Assembly: GCA_963719515.1 (NCBI GenBank)
Contig: CAVRCJ010000001.1
Location: forward strand, 160,001-224,000
Origin: an uncultured cyanobacterium
GTDB taxonomy: Bacteria > Cyanobacteriota > Cyanobacteriia > CAKZMO01
Direction: 5' to 3'
DNA length: 64,000 nucleotides
The notes below the pieces were generated by a model. That model was given only the letters and a program-made list of their open reading frames with translations, ran no database searches and was not told where the DNA came from. The position numbers were made by a program, and so were the translations under genes. Shown one piece after another: positions 38,418 through 50,239 of the stretch. The first letter of the stretch is position 1. Each line of letters opens with the position of its first letter.

Positions 38418-41400
38418 CTAAAACCGCCGATTAAGCTCAATCACGACCCGGCTCTCGTCAGAAAAATTAGTCGAGCTGCGCAGCTGCAGTTCGTCGTTGA
38501 TGCGATAGCGCAGTCCCAACTGGGTCGGCTCTCGTACCGTGAGTAGCTGTAGTGCAGACACCGACAGATTGTCCGTAATGTTCACCCCTATCTCAGCTGC
38601 TAGGCCCAACGTCGGGTCAACATCATCTGAGCCGCGCTCCTCGCGATCGCCCTCTGTAATAACGGCTGGGAAGATACGGAAGTTGGTGATGCCCAAGCTG
38701 TTGCTCACCAAAGTTTGCAGACTAGTGAATAGCGCAGAACCCGCTAAGGCTAGAGCGCTACTGCTGTTGCTTGTCCCTTCGCCGACGCCCCCAAGCAAAG
38801 CCAAGATTTCGGCGTCGCTGCGGCCAGGACTGCTGCTGAGTTCAATATTGCTAAACAGCTGGCTAGCTGGCCCCTGCACCGTCGCCCGAATTTGCACCGT
38901 CTGCAGCTCTCCGAAGCGCTGACTGGGTAGCTCTCTGACCTCAAAGGCGGCAAAGGGATCTCTAGACCGGGTGACTGGGCGCGTCTGCTCCAGCACGGAG
39001 GTTTCTAGCTGTACGTCTAGAATAGGATCGGTGCTGCCAAGAAACCGAGCAATGTTGTCATAGCGGCGGATGAGATTGAACTGCGTGGTCAGCAGATTGA
39101 CCTGACCGCTGCGCAGGCGAATCGTCCCTTCAGGGCGCAGGTTTTGTAAATCGTTGAGCGGGCCGCTGACCCTAATATCTCCATCAGCGACAAAGTTAAG
39201 GATTGGGGCACGGGTAACCAGCAGGCGATCGCCCAATACCACCCGCAGCTCATCTAGCTCAGGGGCCTGAAAAATCCCAGAGGCCTCTTCCTCCGACGCC
39301 GAGGCAACCTCTAGCAAGCTGGCTTCGGGCAGCGAAATACGTCCGTCAGACAGAAAAATCTCGCCGCGAATCTTCGGCGCTAGGGCAGCGCCCCCGATTT
39401 GAATGCGTCCATTGGCGTCTCCGTTGTAGAGCCCTTTGAGATTGATGGCAAGGTCTTCTAGATCCACCTTGAGTGGAGCGACATCTTCATCGGCGCTGTC
39501 TGCGGTAGAGAGAGGAATTGACCCTTGAGCCAGCACGCGTCCGTCGCTAAACTCTCCCTGCAGCCCTTTAATCTCGATGCGATCGCTAATAAATTCGATA
39601 TCTCCCGTCACGCCGGTGAGAATGCCCGGCAGGACCGCTGCCGAGAATGCGGCGGCGTTAAAGCTAGCAAGCCCGCTGACTAAAGGCTGAAGTTCTAGCC
39701 CCTCGGGCGTTTGCTCTAGGGTGCCGCCGATATCTAGCGTGGCGCTTCCCCTGCCGCCCTCCCACTTAACCTGGTTGTTGAGTAGGTTAAGCAGGGCTAA
39801 TCCATCGTCTTCTAGCGCCACGCTAAGGCTGATGCTATTGTCCTTTGGTGGCACCGTCGCTTGGGGAAGCCGGTAGGGCAAGCTGCCCACGACCCGTAGG
39901 GGGCTGGTCTCATCAAGACTCATCTGACCAATGAGATTGAGGCGGGCATCGGTATAGCTAAATCGGGCGGCGGCGGACTGAAGGTCTTCGTTGTTCAAGG
40001 TGGCACTCGCCAACTCAATTTCTCCCCTCGCTTGAGGGTTCGTCAAGCTGCCGGAGATCGAAGCGGTGGCGTTGAGATTACCATCAATGTCGACTGGCAC
40101 GTCGAAAAAGTCTTGGAGAAAGGCCGCGGAGACGTTCTCGGCTCGCAGCTGACCCAGCGCTTCATCGCTGTTGCCCAGGGTGCCCGCGAAGTTGAGCTGC
40201 GTTTCCTCAGAGGCAAACCTCAGGGGCAGCAGCGTCAAAGCACCCTCGCTGATGTTGCCTTTAGCAATAAGCTGGTTAGAAGCGCTGTAGGGTCCCCAGC
40301 GCCAGTCCTTCCCGGCTAGGTCAAAATCTGCCGTTAGCTCTCGGTTTTGAAGGGCGAAATCGATGATGCCGGAGAAATCGCCGTCCAGCTGGGATAAGGG
40401 GGGCAGTCGGGCAGCGGTAGACGCTTCGGCCTGCTGCCGCCGGATCGCTTCGATTTCCGCGTAGCGCTGCAGGCGCTGCTGCAAAGAGAGATCGGCAGCC
40501 CCAAGGGTGAGCCTACCGATGGCCTCTGATGAGCCAAACTGTCGTGTGGACAGCCCCCGCGCGAAGTCCTCCAGGTCAAAAATCTGCAGCGCCAGCAGCA
40601 GATCCTGCACGTACCCTTCCTTAGCGACAATTTTTCCCTGGGCCGTTAGCTCCGGCTCGGTCGCGAGTTGACCACTGATGCCGTAGCGGCTTCGCCCAAC
40701 CAAAAGTGCTCCGTCCTGCAGGCGCACTACACCATCTGCCAGCTGAACTTGGCCGCGCACCTGCTGTCCGGCAATATAGCCTAGGCGAGGCGCATCAACG
40801 ACAACCTCACCCGCCGCCTTCACCTGGCGTAGCGCGGCCCGCCAGTCACTCCAAGACTGAGCCTGTAGCGATGGCCAATCCACCGTCAGATTGCCGCTCA
40901 AATCTCCCCCGAGCTGGCCGATGCGTCCGGCAGGCTTGAGGTTAAGGGCGGTGAGAGGAAACTGACGCACCTCTGTCACCAGGCGATCGCCTTCTCTTTG
41001 CCCCTCAATCTGCGTTTCCCCCTGCTGTGCCCTGAAGGATACCGGCTGCTGCGTCTCGTCTAGAGCGACGGCAATGGTGCCCTCGGAGCCGCTCAACGCT
41101 ACGCTGCTCCCGCTCGGAGAAAAGGTGATGGGTCCCGCCAGCGTCCCCAACTCGATGTCGTTGATGGCTAGATCGGCAAACTGAGTTTGCCCCGCGACCT
41201 CAAGGGCATCTAGCGATCCGGACACGCGCCCCTCAAAGCCAGCAATGCCTCGCAGCTGTAGCGCCTTGGAAAAGGGCGCGACTCGCGCTAAATTATATTC
41301 TTCTATACCGACGTCGAGGTCGAGACGCTGGAGCGACGGCTGCCAACCGCTAAAGGGAATATCGATTGTTCCTGCCACCCGCAGGTCTGGTGCGATCGCC

Positions 41401-43403
41401 TCTTCAACCGTGAGCTGCTGGCCCGACCAGCTAAACTGAGTTCGCAAAGGCTGCTCTAGCAGCGGCGCGTTGGAAAGCCGCAGTTCCCCGTCTGCCGTAA
41501 CGTCGCTGGGGGTGCGCGCCGATACTGGTCCCGCTAAGGTGACGATTCCGTTGACGATACTATTGTATGAGCCACTAGCAGGCTCCACCGCTCCAACCGC
41601 CTGACCAATTGGCGTTTGCCCCAGCTGCCCCAAGCGCTCCAAGGTGCCTTCCGGTAAAGGCAGCTGTGCCAGCGAGAGCTGCTCTCCTCGAGCGGTTGCC
41701 TGCCACTGCTGCTGCCGGAGATCTACCTCCCCCTCCAGCGAGACTTGGCCGCCTCCAATTTGGACTGTGGTATCGCGGGCGGCGATTTGGCTCCCCTGCC
41801 AGGTTACCTTCCCTTGGGCCGGGAACGTACCGTCCAAGGCCCGCCAGGAAGCCTGACCCGCGAGCTGACTAAACGGGCCGCCCACTTGGGCCGTGGCATC
41901 GACATCGCCTAAGGCTAGGGTTGCGGGCGCTTCAGGCCAGTAGCGCTGCAGCACTGTATCGCCGGGAATATCATCGGCTTGAAGCGCCAAATTCACCGTA
42001 GGCCGTGGGCTAAGCCGCAGCCGCCCGCTCCCAAACAGGGCCCCGCCTTCTCGGGGGAAAACCTCGATGGCGTTGAGGGCGATCGCCAAGTTAGCGGTCG
42101 TCACTGGGGTTTCAGTTGACCAGCGGGCGCGGGCAGTACCCAAATCCAGCTGATCGACCTCCAGGTTATTGGCCTGGACTGTTCCCGATAAAAGCGGCGC
42201 TTGGACGTCTCCAGTGACCTGAACAGCGGCGTCTAATAGACCGCCGAGGGCGACCGGCGGCTCGACTCCAGCCGCCGAAAGGAGCTGAGACAGATCGGCG
42301 GCGGTGGTTTCAGCCATCAAATTGTAGCCCTCACGCAGATGAACCGTTCCCGACAGCGTTACGGGGAGCCCCTCCACTTGGGCTGAGGCAGTTTCGACCC
42401 GCATCCGCTGCTCTTGAAACCGCAGACGCGCCCTCCCATCGGTCATCACTTGCTCAAAGGCGGCGACGCCAAAGGCAAGATTTTCTATTTGGGCGCTGCC
42501 GTTGAGGGACAAAGGCTCTTCAGATGGGTTGTCCCGCAGCCGAATTCGGAGGTTGCTGCTGAGCTGTCCGGCGGTAAGCTCTATCGGCAGCGCGACCGGC
42601 AGGAGTGGCAGCAGGGGCTCAAGATCTAAATTGCGAGTCTTGACCAGCAGGTTGGCGCGGCGATCGCGCTCTAAATCGGCCTCTCCTTCTAGAACAATAC
42701 TTGCCCCACTTCTCTCAAAGCTGGGGCTGCCCTCTAGCTCAAACTCAATGCGCTCTCCGCCCCTCAGCTTGCCCTGCCCGCCCGCCTGTAGGCTGATCCA
42801 GCGATCATCTGACTGGGAGAAAAGGGTGCCCTGCTCTAGCTGGGCCGCTGCGGCGACCTGCTCCTGCTCTAGTGCCTCTAGGGAGCCGGGGTAGGGAATC
42901 AGCACGAAGCGCCCCGATTTGACGCGGATGGTGTCTAGCTTAAATTCAATCCATCCTGGCTCCCGAATATCCACTTGGGTGGTTACCCAGCCCTCCGGCG
43001 TCTGATCTACGATGGCCTGGGGCTCTATTACCGTAATGGTGAGGTGGAGCGATCGCAGCAGCAGCGCCTCTAGAGGGTTAAAGCCCACCCGCACCGCAGC
43101 AGCGCTCACTTGGTCAAAGTCGGTGGCCGTGGGCGGTAGCTGGGTGGGTCCAAAGCGAATGCTGATGGGAGAGACGCCCTCTACTTCCCCCAACAGCAGC
43201 GGGCGGCCAATCAGGTCAGTAATGGCGGTTTCAATCCGGGGAGCAAGGTAGGCGTTGACCCAGCGCTGCAGAAGCCAGGTTCCTCCTCCGGCGGCGATCG
43301 CGACCACTGCTACGGCAACTCCAGTACGATACAGCCACCGCTGCCGCTGCCGCCGCACGGCTGATCCGCGATCGCGATTCGTCTCAGGACTTGGGGATGC
43401 CAT
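38418..43403 (-). CDS. tamB: Translocation and assembly module TamB (DUF490) protein
   Basis: N-terminal TM anchor, long beta-rich body, and C-terminal LRSGQVNL...DPILDV...LSSSPGRSDAEILALLGG. Confidence 0.88.
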   Translation of the reverse strand: MASPSPETNRDRGSAVRRQRQRWLYRTGVAVAVVAIAAGGGTWLLQRWVNAYLAPRIETAITDLIGRPLLLGEVEGVSPISIRFGPTQLPPTATDFDQVSAAAVRVGFNPLEALLLRSLHLTITVIEPQAIVDQTPEGWVTTQVDIREPGWIEFKLDTIRVKSGRFVLIPYPGSLEALEQEQVAAAAQLEQGTLFSQSDDRWISLQAGGQGKLRGGERIEFELEGSPSFERSGASIVLEGEADLERDRRANLLVKTRNLDLEPLLPLLPVALPIELTAGQLSSNLRIRLRDNPSEEPLSLNGSAQIENLAFGVAAFEQVMTDGRARLRFQEQRMRVETASAQVEGLPVTLSGTVHLREGYNLMAETTAADLSQLLSAAGVEPPVALGGLLDAAVQVTGDVQAPLLSGTVQANNLEVDQLDLGTARARWSTETPVTTANLAIALNAIEVFPREGGALFGSGRLRLSPRPTVNLALQADDIPGDTVLQRYWPEAPATLALGDVDATAQVGGPFSQLAGQASWRALDGTFPAQGKVTWQGSQIAARDTTVQIGGGQVSLEGEVDLRQQQWQATARGEQLSLAQLPLPEGTLERLGQLGQTPIGQAVGAVEPASGSYNSIVNGIVTLAGPVSARTPSDVTADGELRLSNAPLLEQPLRTQFSWSGQQLTVEEAIAPDLRVAGTIDIPFSGWQPSLQRLDLDVGIEEYNLARVAPFSKALQLRGIAGFEGRVSGSLDALEVAGQTQFADLAINDIELGTLAGPITFSPSGSSVALSGSEGTIAVALDETQQPVSFRAQQGETQIEGQREGDRLVTEVRQFPLTALNLKPAGRIGQLGGDLSGNLTVDWPSLQAQSWSDWRAALRQVKAAGEVVVDAPRLGYIAGQQVRGQVQLADGVVRLQDGALLVGRSRYGISGQLATEPELTAQGKIVAKEGYVQDLLLALQIFDLEDFARGLSTRQFGSSEAIGRLTLGAADLSLQQRLQRYAEIEAIRRQQAEASTAARLPPLSQLDGDFSGIIDFALQNRELTADFDLAGKDWRWGPYSASNQLIAKGNISEGALTLLPLRFASEETQLNFAGTLGNSDEALGQLRAENVSAAFLQDFFDVPVDIDGNLNATASISGSLTNPQARGEIELASATLNNEDLQSAAARFSYTDARLNLIGQMSLDETSPLRVVGSLPYRLPQATVPPKDNSISLSVALEDDGLALLNLLNNQVKWEGGRGSATLDIGGTLEQTPEGLELQPLVSGLASFNAAAFSAAVLPGILTGVTGDIEFISDRIEIKGLQGEFSDGRVLAQGSIPLSTADSADEDVAPLKVDLEDLAINLKGLYNGDANGRIQIGGAALAPKIRGEIFLSDGRISLPEASLLEVASASEEEASGIFQAPELDELRVVLGDRLLVTRAPILNFVADGDIRVSGPLNDLQNLRPEGTIRLRSGQVNLLTTQFNLIRRYDNIARFLGSTDPILDVQLETSVLEQTRPVTRSRDPFAAFEVRELPSQRFGELQTVQIRATVQGPASQLFSNIELSSSPGRSDAEILALLGGVGEGTSNSSSALALAGSALFTSLQTLVSNSLGITNFRIFPAVITEGDREERGSDDVDPTLGLAAEIGVNITDNLSVSALQLLTVREPTQLGLRYRINDELQLRSSTNFSDESRVVIELNRRF

Positions 43404-43563
43404 CTAGGAGTCGAGATTGGAGAGCAACGAGCCCATGCACGTCTTATCGTAGACGATGATTTGCTTCCCTGTGTTACTGAAATAGACGCAAACTCAACTG
43501 GGGCATCCCTAGGTCAGCAATACTGTTTTAGCGCGCTGATTGGGGCTGAAGACTCAACAAGGA

Positions 43564-44982
43564 CTACTGTCGGAGGCGATCGGTGATTTGGCGTAGGGTG
43601 CGATTAAAGTCAGGGTTTTCCTCCAGCTTCTTAGAAACTTTATCGCAGCTATACATCACGGTAGTGTGGTCTTTACCTCCAAACACTTCGCCGATTTTGG
43701 GCAGGCTGAGGTCGGTTCGCTGACGCATGAGATACATGCCAATTTGCCGGGCCGTGCTGATTTCGCGGCGGCGGGAGTTGCTTTTAATGTCCTCAATAGA
43801 CACATCTAGCGCTTCCGACACGCACATCAAGATCGCGTCGGGAGTCACCTCAATCTGCTCAGCGGGCGGATCAATGACGGCAGCGATATTCTCTACCGTC
43901 ATCGGTAGGCCAGAAATAGAGATATAGGCCACAGCGCGGATTAGCGCTCCCTCTAATTCCCGAATGTTTGAGGTGTAGCGCGTTGCAATATACTCAATCA
44001 CCTCGCGGGGAAGACGCATGTTGTCGTACTCCGCCTTCTTTTGCAAAATCGCCATGCGGGTTTCGAGGTCAGGAGACTGAATATCAGCGATTAGCCCCAT
44101 GGAAAACCGCGAGCACAGGCGCTCTTGGAGACGCGGAATCTGGTTGGGCGGACGATCGGAGGCCAGCACAACTTGCTTACCGGCCTCGTGGAGGGCATTA
44201 AAGGTATGGAAAAATTCTTCTTGGGTGTATTCTTTACCCTCAATAAACTGAATATCGTCGATCAGCAGCAGGTCTACCGCCCGGTACTGCTCCCGAAAAT
44301 TTTGCATGCTGTCCTTGCGGATGGCGGTAATCAGGTCGTTGGTAAATTTCTCAGAGGAGACGTAGGTAATGCGGGCGTTGCCCTCGATCTCGCTGCGATA
44401 GTGGCCCACCGCCTGCATGAGATGGGTTTTACCCAGCCCGACGCCGCCGCACAAAAACAGTGGATTGAACTCTCGTCCCGGCGACTCCGCCACGGCCAGC
44501 GCTGCCGCATGGGCCATACGGCTATTGGCCCCCACCACAAACCGAGAAAAAATGTAGCGCGGATTGAGACGGTTGGGCTGAGCCGTTGACTTTGGCGGGG
44601 GCGGCGCGGTGTCAGCCAGCTCGACGATCGACGATTCATCGGCGGGCAGGCCGTTGGGTTCCCCGTTGAAGCCGCCTCGAAGGCGATCGCCGGCCCCCTC
44701 TGCCTCTCCGGCTTCGTCGGCGTCGGGCCGCACAAACACCTGAATTTCAACGCGGCGACCCAGAATGTCGTGAACGACATCTTCGATAGCGTTCAGGTAG
44801 TATTTTTGTATCCAGCTCCGGGCAAAGGGATTGCGCGTCTGCAGCACGAGCGTATCGTCATCGAGCAGCTCGACCGTCGCGGTTTTGATCCAGGTCTCAA
44901 AGGTAGGTCGACTCAGCTGAAGTTGAAGCCTCTCAAGAACTTGATTCCAAAAGTTATCTGAAACGGTTTTGACGTTTGTCAT
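43564..44982 (-). CDS. dnaA: Chromosomal replication initiator
   Basis: [33 protein letters not shown] and [11 protein letters not shown]. Confidence 0.98.
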   Translation of the reverse strand: MTNVKTVSDNFWNQVLERLQLQLSRPTFETWIKTATVELLDDDTLVLQTRNPFARSWIQKYYLNAIEDVVHDILGRRVEIQVFVRPDADEAGEAEGAGDRLRGGFNGEPNGLPADESSIVELADTAPPPPKSTAQPNRLNPRYIFSRFVVGANSRMAHAAALAVAESPGREFNPLFLCGGVGLGKTHLMQAVGHYRSEIEGNARITYVSSEKFTNDLITAIRKDSMQNFREQYRAVDLLLIDDIQFIEGKEYTQEEFFHTFNALHEAGKQVVLASDRPPNQIPRLQERLCSRFSMGLIADIQSPDLETRMAILQKKAEYDNMRLPREVIEYIATRYTSNIRELEGALIRAVAYISISGLPMTVENIAAVIDPPAEQIEVTPDAILMCVSEALDVSIEDIKSNSRRREISTARQIGMYLMRQRTDLSLPKIGEVFGGKDHTTVMYSCDKVSKKLEENPDFNRTLRQITDRLRQ

Positions 44983-45212
44983 ACCAAACCCTGCTTACCG
45001 CGAGGACGCTGTTTTTGCTTTAGATGCTGTTTTAGATGGCGTGAAGGCCGCGCCGATAGGCCACGCTGATGGACCACGTTGTGGGATCATCGACGATGTT
45101 TAGTAAGATGCCCTGTGGCTCACAGAAGACTCATCGCGCGGCGGGAAAAGAGGCGTGAGGTTTGCTGTGAGTTAGCGCTATGGACTCTCTAGACTACTAG
45201 ATATACGGGGTA

Positions 45213-45221
45213 ATTTCCACA
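45213..45221 (+). promoter_or_regulatory. DnaA-box-like site upstream of dnaA
   Basis: ATTTCCACA is one mismatch from TTTTCCACA. It is flanked by CTAGATATA direct repeats. Confidence 0.3.
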
Positions 45222-45512
45222 GCTCTTCTAGATATAGCGAGAATATTTACTATATGTACTATTTAGACGGACAGCAGGCTTTCCTTTCCGCAGCTCACCG
45301 CACGGCGGCTGTGGTGAGTCGGCCTCTATCATGAGTGGGTATAGATGCGAATACAGATACAGAGTTACGAGTCGATCGGGGTAAGTCACACAAGCTCAGC
45401 GGATTCAACTGTCCCTCATTCTGCCATGGTCTGTGTTCTACCCGACACTGGGCGAAGCAGCGAGCGGCATCGGTTGCCGCGCTTTCGTAAGCAGCTTCGC
45501 CTTTAGATTCTC

Positions 45513-46367
45513 TTAATCTATGCGGCTGAGTTGCCAAAAGCGATCGCCGTCAGGTTGAGTTGTGCCCTGCAGCTGAGCTTGAGAGACCTCCCAGTTTCGC
45601 CAGGTCCAGGCTTCCCCTCGCTGGGCGATCGCTGCCTCTGAGACCCCAGTGAGCGCCGTCAGTTCGGCAGCAGTGATCAAGTAGCCCTGCTGGGCTAGCT
45701 CGTCTGCCGCCCTCAGCTTGGTGAGCGCTGCTTCAATGCTGAGAGCTGGGTCAAGATCTGGGCTAGAAGCGGTACTAGATTTGGGCGTCATGGATTTAGG
45801 CGGCGATTTAGGTAGGAGCTCAGCGGATGCGGGCGCGGCCTGGGGAGAGGTTGAGGCCGACAGCGCACCGGTCTGAACGAGCTTGGGCTGCTCTCCAGTG
45901 GCAAAGGCGCGGGCGATCGCATCACAGCGATCGTTACCGGCATTTCCTGAATGGCCGCGGACGTAGGTCCACTTCAACGGCGCAGCGAGCTGGGCGTTGA
46001 CCTGCTGGTGTACCCGGTCAAGCGCTTCCCACAGATCTTGGTTGAGCACCGGCTTTCCCCCTGCGGTTTTCCAGCCTTTTTTCTTCCAGCCGTGGATCCA
46101 TTTGGTGATGCCATTTTGGACGTACTGACTGTCGGTGTAGAGGGTGGTGGGCTCGCGCTGCTCTAGCGCCGCTAGTGCTTCTAGGGCAGCGATCGCCGCC
46201 TGGATTTCCATGCGGTTGTTGGTGGTGTTTGGGGCAGCCCCCCCCAGTTCATGACGGCGATCGTCGCTGAAATAGAGGACGGTTCCCCAGCCGCCAGGGC
46301 CAGGATTGCCTGAGCAAGCACCATCTGTGTAGATCGCTTCGACGCGGGTTGAATTTAACGTCGCCAT
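45513..46367 (-). CDS. rnhA: Ribonuclease HI with C-terminal extension
   Basis: [30 protein letters not shown] and [14 protein letters not shown]. Confidence 0.95.
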   Translation of the reverse strand: MATLNSTRVEAIYTDGACSGNPGPGGWGTVLYFSDDRRHELGGAAPNTTNNRMEIQAAIAALEALAALEQREPTTLYTDSQYVQNGITKWIHGWKKKGWKTAGGKPVLNQDLWEALDRVHQQVNAQLAAPLKWTYVRGHSGNAGNDRCDAIARAFATGEQPKLVQTGALSASTSPQAAPASAELLPKSPPKSMTPKSSTASSPDLDPALSIEAALTKLRAADELAQQGYLITAAELTALTGVSEAAIAQRGEAWTWRNWEVSQAQLQGTTQPDGDRFWQLSRID

Positions 46368-46449
46368 AGCCTTGATATCTTGATGCGGTTGAGTTTAATC
46401 TAGGTCCACTGGCCACCAGCACACTCAGACAAACCGTGGGGCTCACACA

Positions 46450-47007
46450 TTATGTCTCAAATCGCCGCATTAAATAAGCAACCCCAAACTCACCGTTAGG
46501 GTGGTCCTCGAGCGCTTGAGCGAGGTCAAACAGGCGGTGGGCTAAGTCCTCACCGAGCTTGTCGATGGTCGCCTGACGCTCTCGGTGCTGATACTGTAAG
46601 GCTTTGACCTGAGCTTGCCAAGCCTCTGAAAAAAAGCTGTCGATCGCGCCGTGGAGACTGGCGGCGGCTAGGGTATCCCACTCTCCGGCGTCGCACCAAA
46701 CCCCTTTGCAGTTCTTGCAGCGCTCAATGAAAAAGGGCTGGGGTTGGCCGATACGCACCCGGGCCAGGTAATGGCCACAGCCAGGGCAAAAAGTGGCTTG
46801 GTTGTCGTAAAGGGATGCTGGGGATGACGAGGGCAAAATTTTGGGTGCGGCCTCGCGGATGTCCGCCGGCTGCTCCTGACGCCACGCACCGTAGTCCTCA
46901 CCCGAAATCCAGCTGCCGCGACAGCTTGGACAGCTGTGGTGGGCGGGACCGTTGGGAAGGGCGCCGGCATCGACTAAGTCAACAGACTTCTCTTTGGGGC
47001 ACTGCAC
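46450..47007 (-). CDS. zf-TFIIB-like zinc-ribbon protein
   Basis: CPSCRGSW, CPGC and CKNCKGVWCDAGEW. Confidence 0.8.
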   Translation of the reverse strand: MQCPKEKSVDLVDAGALPNGPAHHSCPSCRGSWISGEDYGAWRQEQPADIREAAPKILPSSSPASLYDNQATFCPGCGHYLARVRIGQPQPFFIERCKNCKGVWCDAGEWDTLAAASLHGAIDSFFSEAWQAQVKALQYQHRERQATIDKLGEDLAHRLFDLAQALEDHPNGEFGVAYLMRRFET

Positions 47008-47112
47008 GCCAGTGATTATCCATAATGTGTCTTCTTCATTAAATCACGGTCAGATGAATCGCGGTTCGCGCAGGGTTTGATCTAGTCCTTCAGCCTACTG
47101 ATTTCCAACCGG

Positions 47113-47448
47113 TTACGTTGACCTTGCTATGGCTTCGGAATAGCCCTGCAGCGCTCGGAGGCGATCGCCTATGGTCTGCAGACGCTGGGCGCGGGTGGCG
47201 GGCTGGCGGGCCGATTTCAGGAACATGAGGTCGTTGCCCAGAAGCCTCAGCTGTTTGTGAAATTCGGTGACATAGGGCTGCTGAGCGGGTAGAAATTGTC
47301 CCCTGCCGAACGCCTGCTGGAGCTGTTGGTAAAGCGTCTCTAGCGTAGGCTCTGTGGCCAAACCGGCGGGGGATTCGGCAGACAGAACCTTCCTCTGCAG
47401 CTGCTTCAAGGTTGTCTGAAGGCGAGCGACATCCGAAAGCTCATCCAT
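47113..47448 (-). CDS. patD: PatD-family protein
   Basis: TEFHKQLRLLGNDLMFLKSARQPAT...RLRALQGY. Divergent from spoT. Confidence 0.75.
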   Translation of the reverse strand: MDELSDVARLQTTLKQLQRKVLSAESPAGLATEPTLETLYQQLQQAFGRGQFLPAQQPYVTEFHKQLRLLGNDLMFLKSARQPATRAQRLQTIGDRLRALQGYSEAIARST

Positions 47449-47939
47449 AATGCGTATACAAAGTCAATTAAAAAATAATTAAGAGCTCAAGGTTGTCCTG
47501 AATGAGCCCCTTAGCACTAGTATGACGAACCATAGCCACAGCCGCTGCACCGCCCCCTTGCAGGTCTAGACCTGCCGCAGCAGGCTCAGAGAGCTCTTGA
47601 CAATACCCGCTAAGATTAAAGAGATATTAAGCTACCGTTTTGCCGTTAGCCGTCTTACCGCTGATGACGCAGCCGGGAGCGCTATAGCCTCTTTTGCTTG
47701 ACTTACGGACTCTTTCAGCTTAGCCTACAGCTTTCTGCTTCGGGCCAGTTGCCGCTTTGCCGCTGAGCCTAGCTGATTCCAGCGCTGACGGTTTGCGGCG
47801 ATCGCTGACCTTTATAGAGATAGGGAAATATACCTATTGATTGCCAATCCGTATATCCATGCGGAGAAGTTTGCCCTAGAATCATCGCAATCAGGACCCT
47901 CTACCCCACGGGATTTGTACCCACCCGCTACCGAAAACC

Positions 47940-50177
47940 ATGAACGTCATACCTACCCCTGCCATCCCCGATGATATTCAGCTTCCCGCCTGGCTGCGGG
48001 ACTGCCTCGTGGCTCCTGTCATCGGCGATCGTCTCAGCAATGCTGACCTGGTACGAGACGCATTTGAGTTTGCCTACTCCCTGCACCAGGGGCAGTACCG
48101 AGCATCGGGAGAACCCTACATCCTGCATCCCATTGCCGTAGCGGACCTGCTGCAGGATCTGGGAGGAAGCGCCGTCATGATTGCGGCCGGTTTTTTGCAC
48201 GATGTCGTAGAAGATACAGAGGTCTCTCTAGAAGACATTGAGCAGCGCTTCGGGGTTGAGGTGAGAACCTTGGTCGAAGGGGTGACCAAGCTATCAAAGT
48301 TTAACTTTTCTAGTCGCCTCGAGAGCCAGGCCGAAAACTTTCGGCGCATGTTTTTGGCCATGGCCCAGGACATCCGCGTCATCGTGGTCAAGCTAGCGGA
48401 TCGGCTGCACAACATGCGCACCCTGGAGCATCTGGCGCCGCCCAAGCAGCAGCGTATTGCCCGTGAGACCCGAGAAATCTTTGCGCCGCTGGCCAACCGA
48501 TTGGGGATCGGCCGCTTTAAGTGGGAGCTAGAAGACCTATCGTTCAAGTATCTTGAGGTCGACGCCTACCAAGAAATCAAGCAGCTGGTTTCTGAAAAGC
48601 GCACTGACCGCGAGGCCAAGCTTGACCATTCGATTGAGCTTCTGCAGCATCGACTCGCCCAGCAGGGGATCAACTGCGTCGACGCCAGCGGTCGGCCCAA
48701 GCATCTCTACGGCATTTATCAAAAGATGCAGCGGCAGCAAAAAGAGTTTGAGCAGATTTATGATATCGCCGCGATTCGCATCATCGTCGACTCCAAGGAT
48801 GCCTGCTACCGGGCGCTGGCGGTGGTGCATGATGTCTATCGCCCGATTCCGGGTCGCTTTAAGGACTACATTGGTCTGCCAAAGCCCAACCGCTACCAGT
48901 CTCTACACACTGTAGTAATTGGTCCCAATGGAAGCCCTATTGAGGTACAGCTTCGCACCGAAGAAATGCACCATATCGCTGAGTATGGAATTGCAGCCCA
49001 CTGGAAGTATAAAGAAGGGGGACTGGGTTCCCGCGTCACCACAGACGACGAGAAATTCACCTGGCTGCGCCAGCTTTTAGAGTGGCAAAACGACCTCAGC
49101 GACGCGCAGGAGTATTTAGAGAGCGTCAAGGTCAACCTGTTTGAAGACGAAGTGTTTGTGTTTACGCCTCGTGGGGATGTTATCGCTCTCAACCGAGGCG
49201 CTACCCCGGTCGACTTTGCCTATCGGATTCACTCCGAGGTCGGCAATCACTGCAGCGGCGCTCGCATCAACGGCCGCATTTTTCCCTTAGATACGCCGCT
49301 GCAAAACGGCGATATCGTCGAGATTTTGACTCAAAAGAACGCTCACCCTAGCTTAGACTGGCTTAACTTTGTGGTCAGCCCCGGAGCTCGCAACCGCATT
49401 CGCCAGTGGTATAAGCGATCGCACCACGATGAGAACCTCGCGCGAGGCCACGGCATGCTAGAGCGGGAGCTAGGTAAGAATGGCTTTGAGGCGCTGCTGA
49501 AGTCGGAGCCCATGCAGCAAGTGGTAGGACGCTGTAATTATCACGCCGTCGAGGACTTACTCGCTGGGCTCGGCTACGGCGAGATTACCGTCAACCACGT
49601 GGTCAACCGACTGCGAGAAGAAATCAAAGCGCAGCAGCCTATGGCACCCGCCGCGGATCTCAAGGAAGAGCTCAACGAATTTGCCCTCTCCTTGCCGCCG
49701 GCGGCCAAGCCCAGTACCGAGCCCATCCGCGGCATCGAAGGCCTGCTCCACAACATTGCGGGCTGCTGCAGTCCCCTACCAGGAGAACCGATTATCGGTG
49801 TGGTTACTTTAGGGGCTCACGGCATCTCGGTCCACCAGCAGGGCTGCTCCAACGTGGACGGCATTCCGGGCGATCGCCTGATTCCGGTGAGCTGGAACAG
49901 CGACGATGGTCAGGGACGCCCCCACACCTACCCCGTCCATATTCAAGTCGCGGTCCTAGATCGAGTCGGCGTACTCAAGGACGTCCTGTCGCGGCTTAGC
50001 GACCACAAGATTAATGTCAGCAGCGCCCAGGTCAAAACCGATCCCCACCACCAGCGCCCGGCCCTCATTGACCTGGAAATTGAAATTTCTGACCGCCAGC
50101 AGCTTGAGCGTATCCTGTGCCATATTCGCAAGATGAGCGATGTGCTGAATCTTCGCCGGTTTGCTCAGTCTGCCTGA
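47940..50177 (+). CDS. spoT: Bifunctional (p)ppGpp synthetase/hydrolase (RSH)
   Basis: LHDVVEDT (HD), RFKDYI, YQSLHT, TGS and ACT domains. Confidence 0.96.
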   Translation: MNVIPTPAIPDDIQLPAWLRDCLVAPVIGDRLSNADLVRDAFEFAYSLHQGQYRASGEPYILHPIAVADLLQDLGGSAVMIAAGFLHDVVEDTEVSLEDIEQRFGVEVRTLVEGVTKLSKFNFSSRLESQAENFRRMFLAMAQDIRVIVVKLADRLHNMRTLEHLAPPKQQRIARETREIFAPLANRLGIGRFKWELEDLSFKYLEVDAYQEIKQLVSEKRTDREAKLDHSIELLQHRLAQQGINCVDASGRPKHLYGIYQKMQRQQKEFEQIYDIAAIRIIVDSKDACYRALAVVHDVYRPIPGRFKDYIGLPKPNRYQSLHTVVIGPNGSPIEVQLRTEEMHHIAEYGIAAHWKYKEGGLGSRVTTDDEKFTWLRQLLEWQNDLSDAQEYLESVKVNLFEDEVFVFTPRGDVIALNRGATPVDFAYRIHSEVGNHCSGARINGRIFPLDTPLQNGDIVEILTQKNAHPSLDWLNFVVSPGARNRIRQWYKRSHHDENLARGHGMLERELGKNGFEALLKSEPMQQVVGRCNYHAVEDLLAGLGYGEITVNHVVNRLREEIKAQQPMAPAADLKEELNEFALSLPPAAKPSTEPIRGIEGLLHNIAGCCSPLPGEPIIGVVTLGAHGISVHQQGCSNVDGIPGDRLIPVSWNSDDGQGRPHTYPVHIQVAVLDRVGVLKDVLSRLSDHKINVSSAQVKTDPHHQRPALIDLEIEISDRQQLERILCHIRKMSDVLNLRRFAQSA

Positions 50178-50239
50178 AGTGATTGCAATGAAGGCCACTG
50201 GCTGAAGGCCAGTTAGGCAAAAGATATAGGCGAAGGACG

